Shown piece after piece: positions 37,826 to 48,460 of a stretch of 64,000 nucleotides of DNA (position 1 is the stretch's first letter; each line of letters starts with the position of its first letter). Source of the DNA: Chiloscyllium plagiosum (Eukaryota); assembly GCF_004010195.1 (NCBI RefSeq), contig NC_057711.1:79270866-79334865 (forward strand), written 5' to 3'. Under the pieces are notes generated by a model. It was not told the DNA's origin, made no database searches, and saw only the letters and a program-made list of their open reading frames with translations. Both the position numbers and the translations under genes were made by a program.

Positions 37826-39874
37826 TATTCAATAGCTGATCAGGCCTCTCTATCAACTCCAATTACAAAATATGCTTCTCACCTAACTTCAGATTATGTA
37901 ACCAGTCTTTATTTATTAACTTTGATTTGTTGACATATCGCTCTACAACAATGGACAACTTAAGGAACTTGTCCTTACATTGGATATCGCACTCCATTTG
38001 TCCACATATTTCTATCACCTCACAAGAGTAAGCTTTCATTTGAATCATGCTCACAATTAGAGGTAACTCACACAATTCCCTCTTGTCCTTATCCTTATTC
38101 ACAATGCAACAAGCCATATTAATTAGCATGTTAATGTACTGTCACTTATCCATACCTCACTACAAACATTTCTGTTATTTGCATGATAACTAGTCACTTG
38201 CATAGGATGAAATTCCTATACATTTTTTTTAATGGTGAACACAACCTTAGACACAAGCTCAAATATACGATTCTGTGTGTTTTGTAACTTTGATTTAGAT
38301 TATTTTTTGATTGCCAATCCATAAACAAATCTGTCTCATAATACATGGTCTAAGAATGTGCCCAAGTTGCAAAATAAGGATAAATTCATCAGTGCTACAA
38401 TATACTCACCAAACGTTTCACTGCTTTTCTCATTGCTGATTCCGAATCCGTAACTGTTTTCAGCCTCTTGTGACATTAACTTGTGGATGATTATTTTGAA
38501 TGACACATTGTTTGCTTTCTTGGCAGCCAGAAGATTTGTTAGTGTGCCATACAATTCTGGACTAACTGGCATTTGCAAAATTTCTTTCTTGCACTCAAAA
38601 AGCAGCTTTATTCAGAGTATTAGCCTCCTCACTTTTAGTTTTGAGTTCTAAAATTTTACTGGCCCTTAAAATCATATCTAATCTTTGAAGATATGAACTG
38701 AATGGTCCGTGAGCCCTCTCATGCATATCATTGCCTTGCAATGTATCCCATGATATTTCATAACCTCCTTCTCCCAAATTCACAGTGAACCAGTAAACAG
38801 TGTTACATAAAACAAGTTTGGTTGGTGGTTTCAAAGATTTTTTTACCCAGACAAACACTTTTAATCCAATGTACAGTCGGCATTTTTAATTCCATGCAAT
38901 TTAGGAACATGTAGCACCTGAAATGTCAATTTTGAAGATTAGACCTCACAATCCAGTCAAATTCTTTGCCATCCCAGCAGGTAGATCACCAGGAACTGGT
39001 TACACTTGTTCATTGCAGTCTGTGCTGCTGCTTACTGCCTAATTTTACACACTTTGATTTCATCTCTGTGGTTAAAATGGTTATGCATTGTGTTGGACTC
39101 AGAAAGATATACATTATGCATGTCCAATTGAAGGAAGTATTTATTAGGTCATTATATCATTATGTAATAAGAATCATATCTAAATTATTGCCTTGGAAGA
39201 CCTGCTGCCACCAATAGAACTTTCTGCAGTTTAATTCCTTATGTTCAGGAGTGGCTGTGAGAAAATTGGGTGTAAATATAACTTTAGAGCTAAACGTCAG
39301 TTATGCAATAATATTTGCAAATTCTGACTATGCTGCAATTGTCTCCAGCTACAAATTAAGTAAAGATATATCACTCCAACTTAACTGCAAATCTCAAGGA
39401 TTTTTTTTACAAATGAACCGTGTCAATTCCTGTCTCTGCAAATCACAGTTTTGTGTGAAATGGCTCATGGTTGTTGTAAATTCTACAAATGATGCATTTA
39501 CACTACAGATATGCTGCCAAAGGCAATCGAAGTTGGGCAGAAATGCTAGATTATAAATAAACTTGTGCTGGGTAATTTTGCCGGAAGAGAGAACAAGTTG
39601 TTGGTAGGCCAGTAAAAGTAAACATATCAGGGACTGTTCTCAGCAGAAATACAAACATATTCAATATCAGTAAAAAAGTTCTTTATGAATTCATATGAAA
39701 AAATAACAGCCAGTAATGTGCATTGGTGTAGAAATTAGACATCAATGCACTCAGTTCCATCCAGATGAAAAATTAGCAGCAATCAGTTGTGTAAGGTTAT
39801 GTCTTGCCCTGAATGTCTGTAGATGTATGAAACTGCCACTGAACCATGGAACATTTCTCATACTTACCTGAGCA

Positions 39875-40260
39875 TTAGTTATGAAAAGAGATTGGACAGA
39901 GTGGAGTGTGCTCCTTGGAGTAGGGGAGACTGAGAAGAGCCAGGTCTGATTTGTATGAAATTATGTGGGTCATAGAGTAGACAAGGAACTTTTCCCCTTG
40001 GTGGAAGAATCAATGACTGGGTGTTAAGGTAAGGGGTAGGAGGATTAGAGTTTGGAAAAATTCTGGAACTCACTTCCTGCAAAGGTGGTAGAGGCAGAAA
40101 GCATTGTAACTCTTAAGAAGCATTTAATGTGTATTTGCAATGCCAATATATGCAAGGCTAGGGGCCAAGTGCTGGAAAATGTTACTGGATAGTTAGGTAC
40201 ACGGTTTTTGACCTGCACAAACTCAATGGGCCTATTTCTGTGTTGCCAAACTCTGACCAC
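39875..40260 (+). mobile_element. CR1-type 3' end, decayed
   Basis: 'ttatgaaaagagattggacagagtggagtgtgctccttggag...tggaactcacttcctgcaaaggtggtagaggcag'. Confidence 0.7.
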
Positions 40261-40346
40261 ATATTCAGACAATCTGCAAGACCACTGATTTCCATCTCAA
40301 TAGCAATGGGTGTCTTCAATCCTGTCTTAGGTCATCTGCTACTGGA

Positions 40347-40518
40347 AGGAAGTGAGGACTGCAGATTCTGGAGATCAGAGCTGAAAATGTGTTGCTGGAA
40401 AAGCGCAGCAGGTCAGGCAGCATCCAAGGAGCAGGAGAATCGACGTTTCGGGCATGAGCCCTTCTTCAGGAATGAGCCCTTCCTGACCTGCTGCGCTTTT
40501 CCAGCAACACATTTTCAG
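40347..40518. mobile_element. Fold-back Penelope-terminus unit with 14-bp TSD
   Basis: catctgctactgga at 40333-40346 and 40519-40532; inverted arms ctgaaaatgtgttgctggaaaagcgcagcaggtcagg / cctgacctgctgcgcttttccagcaacacattttcag. Confidence 0.9.
40437..40474 (-). ncRNA. Minimal hammerhead ribozyme motif, intact core
   Basis: cattc-CTGAAGA-a-gggc-tcat-gccc-GAAAC-GTC-gattc on the minus strand. Confidence 0.7.
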
Positions 40519-40532
40519 CATCTGCTACTGGA

Positions 40533-41425
40533 TCCCTTTGTTATTTCTAGACTTGACTATTCAAATGGTCTCCTGGGCTACTTTCCCATTTTCCATCATT
40601 CATAAGCTTGATCTTATCCAAATTTCTGATGTCCATATTCTAATTCACATCAGGTACCATTTATCTGCACCCTAGATTTTCCTGACCTATATTGGTGACT
40701 ATTGTGTTGAAGTTGTCCTTTCAAAGTTTTCCGCCCTACTATCAAATCCCTTTTGAATTGCATCTCTGTCAATCTCTACAGTCTCCTCCAGGCCTAGAGC
40801 CTTTTAAGACTTTTTTTGTGCTCCTCCAATTTTGCCTCTTGTCTCTCTCAAATTGTAATCATGCCACCAGTGTCAACCATATCATCAACTATCACGAACC
40901 TAGTCTCTGGAACTCCTTACTAAATCTCTCCACTTCTCACTCTCTCTCCTTCTTTAAGATGCTTCTTAAAACTTACTAAGACTTTAGTGGCCTAAGGGTG
41001 GCACGGTGACTCAGTGGTTAGCACTTCTATCTCACAGCATCAGGACTCAGTTGCATTCAGGTGACTGTCTGTGTGGAGTTTGCACATTCTGCCTGTGTCC
41101 GCATGGGTTTCCTCTCAGTGCTCCGGTTTCTACCCGCAGTCCAAAGACGTGCGAGTTAGGTGGATTGGCCAGGCTAAATTACCCATAATGTCCAGGGATG
41201 TGCAGGCCAGCTTGATTAGCCATGGAAAATGCAGGATTGCAGGAATGGGTCTGGGTGGAATGCTCTTCAAAGAGGCGGTGTGTACTCAATGGGCCAGATG
41301 GCCTGCTTTCCCAGTGTAGGTTTTTATCTCCTTACTTGGCTCAATATTGAATTCTGTTTGATAATGCACTTTGGGAGATTTTACTGTGTTAAAGAGACAA
41401 TATAAATGCAAGTTGCAATTGTTAT
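40533..41425 (+). mobile_element. L2-type LINE 3' end, interrupted by HE1
   Basis: 'FVISRLDYSNGLL', 'KLDLIQ', 'SLWNSL'; tail 'tataaatgcaagttgcaattgtt'. Confidence 0.75.
40996..41320 (+). mobile_element. HE1/V-SINE-type SINE
   Basis: 'gggtggcacggtgactcagtggttagcact...gactgtctgtgtggagtttgcacattct'. Confidence 0.88.
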
Positions 41426-42611
41426 TTTTGCATGGCTAATCTATCACTATTGGGCCTATAGGTTAAAGTTGCACTCTCCCACCCACCACAATGTCTGCTG
41501 TAATCAACCAAAAATCTATCAAAAATCATTTTGCTTAACTCACATTAATGTTTCAAGTTGGAACCTGTCCGACTGTGAGAAAACTGGATTCTTTGAGTTA
41601 ACTGCCCCATAGTGCAGCTCAATATTTTATCATTAATATTTTGATGTACACATTATTGGAGAGCAAATATGATCAAACCAAGACTTGGGAAGACAGTATC
41701 TGGAATATTATGCTGTTATATTTAATAAATAAACATGAGACTTTTTTAGCATCCTCAAAAGATTTGAATTCTGTGTGCAGAAAAATTCAGCAAAAAGAGA
41801 TGGATATACAATGATTAACAACATGCATGTTGTAGATTTACCTCATCATTCAATCATTCGCCTTTCAATTTCTAACAGAATGCACAACATGAATTAGCTT
41901 TAAATAATCACATGAATTATCTGAAAGCCATTTTTTAAAAGTTCATTAAACATGTAGAAAGATTAGTATGCAAAGTAAAAGTTTTAAACAATGTGTCTGA
42001 TCCCATTAAAATGTTCTCTAAGCAACATTTTTGTCTGTGGTTAGTCAGGAGGATGCTAATTATGCAGAGCAGAAGTTCTACAACAAACAGTCAGTCATCC
42101 AATATTCAGTGTGAATTCTGTAAAGCCTTTGTACTTGACAATATAAGATCCTGACACTATCTGAATGCTGTTGCTAATGTTAATTCAATTCACTGTCAGG
42201 GGGGATGCCCAAGTGCAAATGTCAGCCAAGGTTAGGACTTGAAAGTAGCTTTCTTGTGCTCTTGTTATACTAACCTGCTCAGCATGATAGAAACACATTA
42301 AATAGTTTCACTTGCAGTTTCATTTCAATGGCTCAATAGCAGGCCTTCCTGGCAGTTAGATTTAGAAAATCCAGCAGATTTAGAGTAAGGTTGCCATCTC
42401 CTTCACAGGATCAGCTGTTCAGAAACTGGCAGCAAAACTGTCCATTGACACCAATATAACAATTCTGTCTTTGTTCCACCACATTCCTGGCCCACAAAAG
42501 CTTTCCCTTTATCAGAGTTGCCAAACATCCGCCTCCTTCATTGTTCTATTATAACCATTTTCACATTCTCTGGACTCTGCTTTCATTTCTATGCCTGTGT
42601 CATAACCATCT

Positions 42612-44268
42612 GATACAAAAACCAAAATTGCTGGAGAAACTCAGCAGGGCTGCCAGCATCTGTGGAGAGAAAGAAGAGCTATTATTTCAAGTCCAGACAC
42701 TCTTCTTCAGCAATGATAGCAGCCAGGAAAATGCTAATGACAGGAGTGGTGGGAGAAGAGAGTCAGTGGACAGGTGGACACAGTGCCCAGGGAGAGTAAA
42801 AGAAAGATAAGCAGACAAAGGGATGATTGAAAGTAACAATGAGAAAGTGAGAACTGCAGATGCTGGAGATCAGAGTCGAAGAGTATGGTACTCGAGAAAC
42901 ACAGCCTTCCTCTTGAAGGATTTATGCCAGAAACGTCGACTCGCCTGCTCCTCAGATGATTGAAAGTAAGCCAGGAAAAGAGGAAAAAGCTGATAATGGG
43001 GAAAATGAATAAGTGAAAATGGGTGGCTGTGCTGAAAGCAGCCCATGTGGCGACAGGGTCTAGAGAATGGGGGTGGATAAAAGACATGGAAGAAGGTGCT
43101 CAGGCCCTAACGTTATTAAACTCTGATGAGGAGGTGCTGGTGTTCGACTGGGGTGGCCAAAGTCAGAAATCATACAACACCAGGTTATAGTCCCACAGGT
43201 TTATTTGAAATCACAAACTTTCGGAGCATAGTCCCGTGAAGTTGATATTGAATTCTAAAGGCTGAAGCATCATCAAGCAGAAAATGAAATGCTGTTTTTC
43301 CACCTCGTGTAGAGTCTCGCTGGAGAACTGCAGCAGGTGGAAATGTTGGTTAGGAAGCACGGTGAGCTTATAGAGTCATAGAGTCATACAACGCAAAAAC
43401 AGGCTCTTCTGCCCAAATTGGCCATACTGACCAGGTTTGCTCAACTGAACTAGTCCCATTTTCCTGCATTTGGCCTATATCTTTCTAAACCTTTCCTATT
43501 CATGTATCTGTCCAAACTTCTTTTCAATGTTGGAACTGTACTCCCCTCTATCACTTCCTCCATCAGCTTGTTCCATATAAACCCCACCCTCTGTACATGT
43601 TGAAGTGGTGGGAATCTGGAAGTTCAGGGCAGTTTTACGGACATCTCAGCCTCCCAATATTGTATAGAGGAGACCACATTGTGAGCAGCAAATACAGTGG
43701 ACTAGATTGAGCGAAGTGCAGGTAAATCGCTGCTTCACCTGGAAAGCACATTTGAAGCTTTGGATAGTGAGGAGAATGGAAGGAAAAGGCAAGTAATGCA
43801 CCATCTGTGATTGCATGAGAGGTACACTGGGGATATAGGAAGCTGTTGGGAATGGAGGAAGAGGAGTAGGTGAGGATGTCCAAGAGGGAATGGTCTCTGT
43901 GGAATGCTAACATGGAATGGGAGGGGAATATATATACAGAGTAGCAGAAATGACGGCTAGTAATAAGCCATCATCTTTTCAGCTTTTCTCCACCCTTGGC
44001 TTACTTACACCTATTCCTTTGTCTGTCTAACTTTCTTTCTTTCCCTCTGGGCTCCATCTCCACCTGTGCACTTATTCTTCACCTCCCCAAACCCATCCCT
44101 CGCAGCCCATGTCGTTACCATATATACCACTTTTCCTCGCAACTATCAGTTCTGAGGAGGGGTCACTGGACTCAAAATGTGAACTTTGCTTTCTATCCAC
44201 AGATTGAGTTTATCAAGCAATTTCTGTTTTTGTTTCAAATCTTCATCATCCACAGTTCTTTGTTTTAA
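42612..44268. mobile_element. Old Penelope-like element: inverted pLTRs (42612-43120 minus, 43965-44268 plus) around a minus-strand GIY-YIG remnant, with nested inserts
   Basis: Ends are mutually inverted ('aaaaccaaaattgctggagaaactc' / 'gagtttatcaagcaatttctgtttt'); 43650-43740 minus resembles NLVYCIxCSQCGLLY; a CR1 3' end is inserted at 43368-43597. Confidence 0.7.
42837..42954. mobile_element. Short rearranged Penelope-terminus unit with 15-bp TSD
   Basis: gatgattgaaagtaa at 42822-42836 and 42955-42969. Confidence 0.85.
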
Positions 44269-47260
44269 CACAATCAGCTGATTTTGCCTTGTTCTTGCAT
44301 TCCATTTTGATTCTTTCTTACTCTTCCCTTCCAATGTCTTTGGCTGTGCACTTGCTTAGAAGTTGTTCTCAACATTTTCCAGTTCTTATGCGAATTGATT
44401 GTGCTGAAACAAAGTGATATCTCCATGTTCTTCCCTCCAACATGAAAACAAGAAACATGACCCTAAACAGATGCATGCTTGCCTCAATTTTCATGGCTAC
44501 ATGTTGTATTGATGTCACCATCTTGGAGAGGTGGCTTGTGCTTAATTAAAATAGTTAATCAGGTTCTCACCATGCAATTGCAAGTCTGGTTTAAAATTCA
44601 CTGCAACTAGTTGATGCCATATGGTTGGGGAAAGTTGACAATGTAATGGAAATAGGATTCCAGAAGTTGAATGCTTTGCATAGCATTCCTCATGGAATTT
44701 CATAAAGATGAAAGGAACTTTCCTGATTTTGTGATCCAGTTTTGACTCTTGAGGAGCTCAATGATTTGTGTTGGGCAGGCTAGAGATGGGGCCATATCCT
44801 CCAGAGGCAGACATGATGTAATAGCAGAGGTAGTGGATGGTGAGACAAGAAGCTTATAAGGCTGCTTCCATTCACGAGAACATCAACCCTGTTGTATTCT
44901 TTATTTTAGGCCCTTTAGACCTCACTGTCAATAAAACATCTGCCCCCCACACCTTGCTCCACACCTTCTTTGTGTATGCCTCCCCCCTTCCCCCATATCC
45001 CTGAGGCTACTCTATGCCCTGTCATACTTTCCATGCCCCATCACATTCCTCAAATCTCTTCCATGTCCCTATACGCCCCAATATTTTTATTTGGAATTTA
45101 TTTCTGTTAATGTTATTTTAAATCTTTTTCCTTCTTCACGTCACCAGTTCATTCATTCCCCACCTGATTGGGCATGCAAGCAACTCTGAGAGTTTATGAA
45201 TAGGATGTAGGTTTGGCTGGTGAAACCAACAAGTTTTGCCCACCCTGAACTACCCTTGAAAATGTGCTGGCTTTCTGCATAGGGTGTGGGTACACACACA
45301 GGAAGGGAATATACTTGTGGGCACCTTCCAATAATGCCATAAATGTGGTCATGAGAACCATGAGATGACCTGTCACCCTTTGTTACTTATAGAATTGCAG
45401 ACACTGAATGTGAATAGCACCATGTGGCAAATAGATCTATCTCACTGTCGTACTTAGAAATTATTTTTAATGTAAGCTCATTTTCACAAGATTAAATTCT
45501 CTTATACTCTATGATGGTTTAGTGAGGTGACTCATTGAGCAGCTAAGTCACCAATATCAACATTGTGCAGATTCAATCCCCATGGCGAATGACTGTAATA
45601 CTAATTGTCTTAGTACCTTGATTACATTGGAGAAAATCAGCCAGAGTTTGCCCTTCTCATCACATTAATAGTATTGGTATAGTAATTAATTGCTTGTCAT
45701 GGATTGATTAATAGTGGGTTAGTGCATTTAAAACAGTATCTAAGTCATGAAGCAGACATTACAACAAGCTAACTGGCTTCTGTAGCTGTATAGCTTATAA
45801 AACCAAAGCAGTCCAAATGGCAGGCAGGGTCACAACATGGTATATCTGAAGCACATGGAGACCTTAGTGTGAATTCTCATAAAGGCAAGATACACAATCA
45901 TTTTATTGGCAACTATACAAATATGCATGTGAAGGCTTTGGTTGACATGAGTTTGGGACTTGTCTGTCGTGGTGTTTTTTTAAAAACATAGATTTAAATT
46001 GGAGAGACAGCATCAAAACAGGCCATTTTGCCCAAACAGTCTATGCTTCACTCCACCTATTTTTCATTATCTAAATCTATCATTGTAATACTTTATTTCT
46101 TTTTCCCTGACTTACCCATCTAACTTCCTTTTCAGTATATCCATATGATTTACTTTAGCAATTCTCTGTGGTAATGAGTACAATTCCCATCACATATGCA
46201 CATATTGCTCAGCTTGACTCATTGGCAGTGCTCTGCTCTCAGAGTTCTATGACCTTTAACCATTAAAGGATTTGCAGATCAACCTTAATCTGCCCATCTG
46301 GCAGGAATAGAGCTGGCGAAATTCCACAGTAGGTAAACTTTGATATGTTAGCCCAGAGCCACTAGAAATCTTTTTGAGTGCTATTTTAATTTGGAACAAA
46401 AGAAAAATCATGTGCATTCTGGAAACCTGAGATAAGACAGAAAACCTTGGGAATACTCAGCAGATCGAACAGTAGTAGCAAAGAGAGAATTAGAGTTAAA
46501 GGCAGATTTTTAACAGGCACCCCAGATGACTGGCATGAAGGGGAAACCAGTAAAAATGATTATTCCAAAATGCAATCTCTCCGCTGGGAAATGTTACCAT
46601 GTAGCATACAGCAATAATTATTTCTTGCCCAATCCAAAGAGATGGGCAACTAATTCTGAAATCAAAGCTCCCGTAAAAACCATTTTGTAAGACTTTCTTT
46701 GGATTATGCTGGCAAGCACAATGTAAGGACCCTCACTTTGTCTGGATGTAGGGCCTAAGGCAAAATCTAGTTTAACTTTTCATGCCAGAACTTCCCTGAC
46801 AGTATCACATGCTTTATTATAAGTTACAAGTAAGAGACAGTATATTCAGAAAAGCCCCCAGACTCAGTGTTCGTAATGAGCAACGTTTTGCAGGTTCAAT
46901 GATTACTAGAGCTTATTAATTCAGTTTTGACGTACCAAGGAAGGTGGCAGGTCTTCGTCCAATCAAACCTCTCCCCCTGGTGCCACACACATGCTTGTCT
47001 CACAGCTAGAAGGACGGGTGTTGATGCATGCCTACTGAAAAAAAAGGTGACTGTTTCTGCTGGTGATGCATCTGCTGAGCTGAAAAGAAGCATGTGGCAA
47101 GCTGGATGTGGGAAGTGTTGAATAGAAAACAAATGTATGAAGTGAGGAAGGAGTCATGAGAGTTGAATAAACAAGTCAAGAGATAACTGCTGCCGAAGGA
47201 AAGAAGGAAGGGATGACTATGTATTTGCTGATGAAGGATTGTGAAACAGGGAAGAAATTA

Positions 47261-47599
47261 ATAGAATCCCTAGAATGTCAAAGCGGGCCATTCAGCTTAT
47301 TGAGTCCACAGCAATCCTCCGAAGAGCATCCCACCCATACCTACCTCCCCAACCCTTGTAGCCCTGCATTTTGCATTGCTAATCCACCCAACCTGCACAT
47401 GCCTGGGGCAATTTAGTATGGTCAAACCACCTAACCTGTGCATCTTTGGACTGTGGGAGGAAACTGGAGCACCCGGAGGAAACCCATGCATACACAGGGA
47501 GTGTGCAAACTCCACAGAGCCAATCGCCCAAAGATAGAATTGAACCCAGGTCCCTGACACTGTGAGGTAGCAGAGCTAAGTACTGAACTGTTGTGCCGC
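47261..47599 (-). mobile_element. HE1/V-SINE-type SINE
   Basis: 'atagaatcccta' tail, 'gggaggaaactggagcacccggaggaaaccc' body, head 'gaacccaggtccctgacactgtgaggtagcag'. Confidence 0.9.
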
Positions 47600-47689
47600 A
47601 AATTGTTGAGAGTTCTTGAGAAATCTGTGGGAAACTTGTGGCCATGCATTCTTGAGCGAGTTGGAGATATAAAAAGGTGCACTAATACT

Positions 47690-47910
47690 TGCTACACTTA
47701 TGTGGTCATTGAAGTGCAACCTGCATTTGATCTGAGTTTGGGGCATTGGATTCTGAGAGCTTAAAACTTCTACCAGCGTTCCTTGCCTGTAACACATCAT
47801 GTTTGTGGGGTCCCTTCCAGAGCTGAGATGCAGGAATCCCTCCTCTCCCTCAGATGACTAGGAAAGCTTCTGAGAACTTTAGGACTTGTCTGTGACTCAG
47901 CATTTCCATT
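47690..47910 (-). pseudogene. Harbinger-associated Myb/SANT-like domain relic
   Basis: Minus frames give KFSEAFL..., RERRDS... and LVEVLSSQNPMPQTQIKCRLHFNDH. Confidence 0.5.
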
Positions 47911-48460
47911 CCCTTTCCAAGCAGTTTCCATTAAAACAATGGATTAGAACAATGTTGAATCCTCCTTTGAATGGTGCATTGTTGCTCTAGAGGGGCAACA
48001 TTATTTTCCCCCAAAAACACAGGCAAACGTCACCAGCAATACGAAGGGAAATCTATCTGATAGTTTTCAATGAAATACAGAAGCTAAAATACCCTGATCA
48101 TTAAGTTTTCTGCATTGAACTTTCCTATCTAATGGAAACCTGCCCAGGTTTGTGATCAGTCTTTTGGCACAGAAGTTAGATTGACACATTATAACAATAC
48201 AGAGGGAGTACTGCGACAACAAAAAGACTGGCAAAAGTTTCATTTTTGAGAGGGCTGATCTCAATGGAAAATAAGTTTGAGTGTGGTGTAAAACAGGCAT
48301 TCAATCTAATATCATCTATGTTATGGCCTTGCTGCAGTCACACGTTCTGGCCTCTTTTTTTGGGTAGGATGAAATATCCTCTTGTTTGGGTGACAAAAGT
48401 GTTGGGTTTTCCCAGTGACCTGACGAATATTTATCTTTCAGCAAATATCAAAACAATGTA

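Larger units (their letters stand above)
31790..38860 (-). mobile_element. Ancient Ty3/Gypsy LTR retrotransposon, fragmented by later insertions
   Basis: gag 38280-38740 (FSSYLQRLDM, PELYGTLTNLL, ETFGEYIVALMNLSLFCNLGTFLDHVL*DRFVYGL); RT start 36860-37140 (YCKAETVPF, IVVMPRSNKAVSVSGDYTITINQ); 34345-34590 (HLGIVSM); integrase 32800-33050 and 32365-32445 (RTVHIGHM); PPT AAAAAGGGGAACAG (31926-31913) followed by TGTAATG. Confidence 0.75.

Noticed and set aside
39860..39870. ATACTTACCTG resembling the 5' end of U1 snRNA
   Set aside because: Similarity stops after 11 nt; no U1 body follows.
44540..44880. Possible further Harbinger/Myb relic
   Set aside because: Too degenerate; no convincing motif in any frame.
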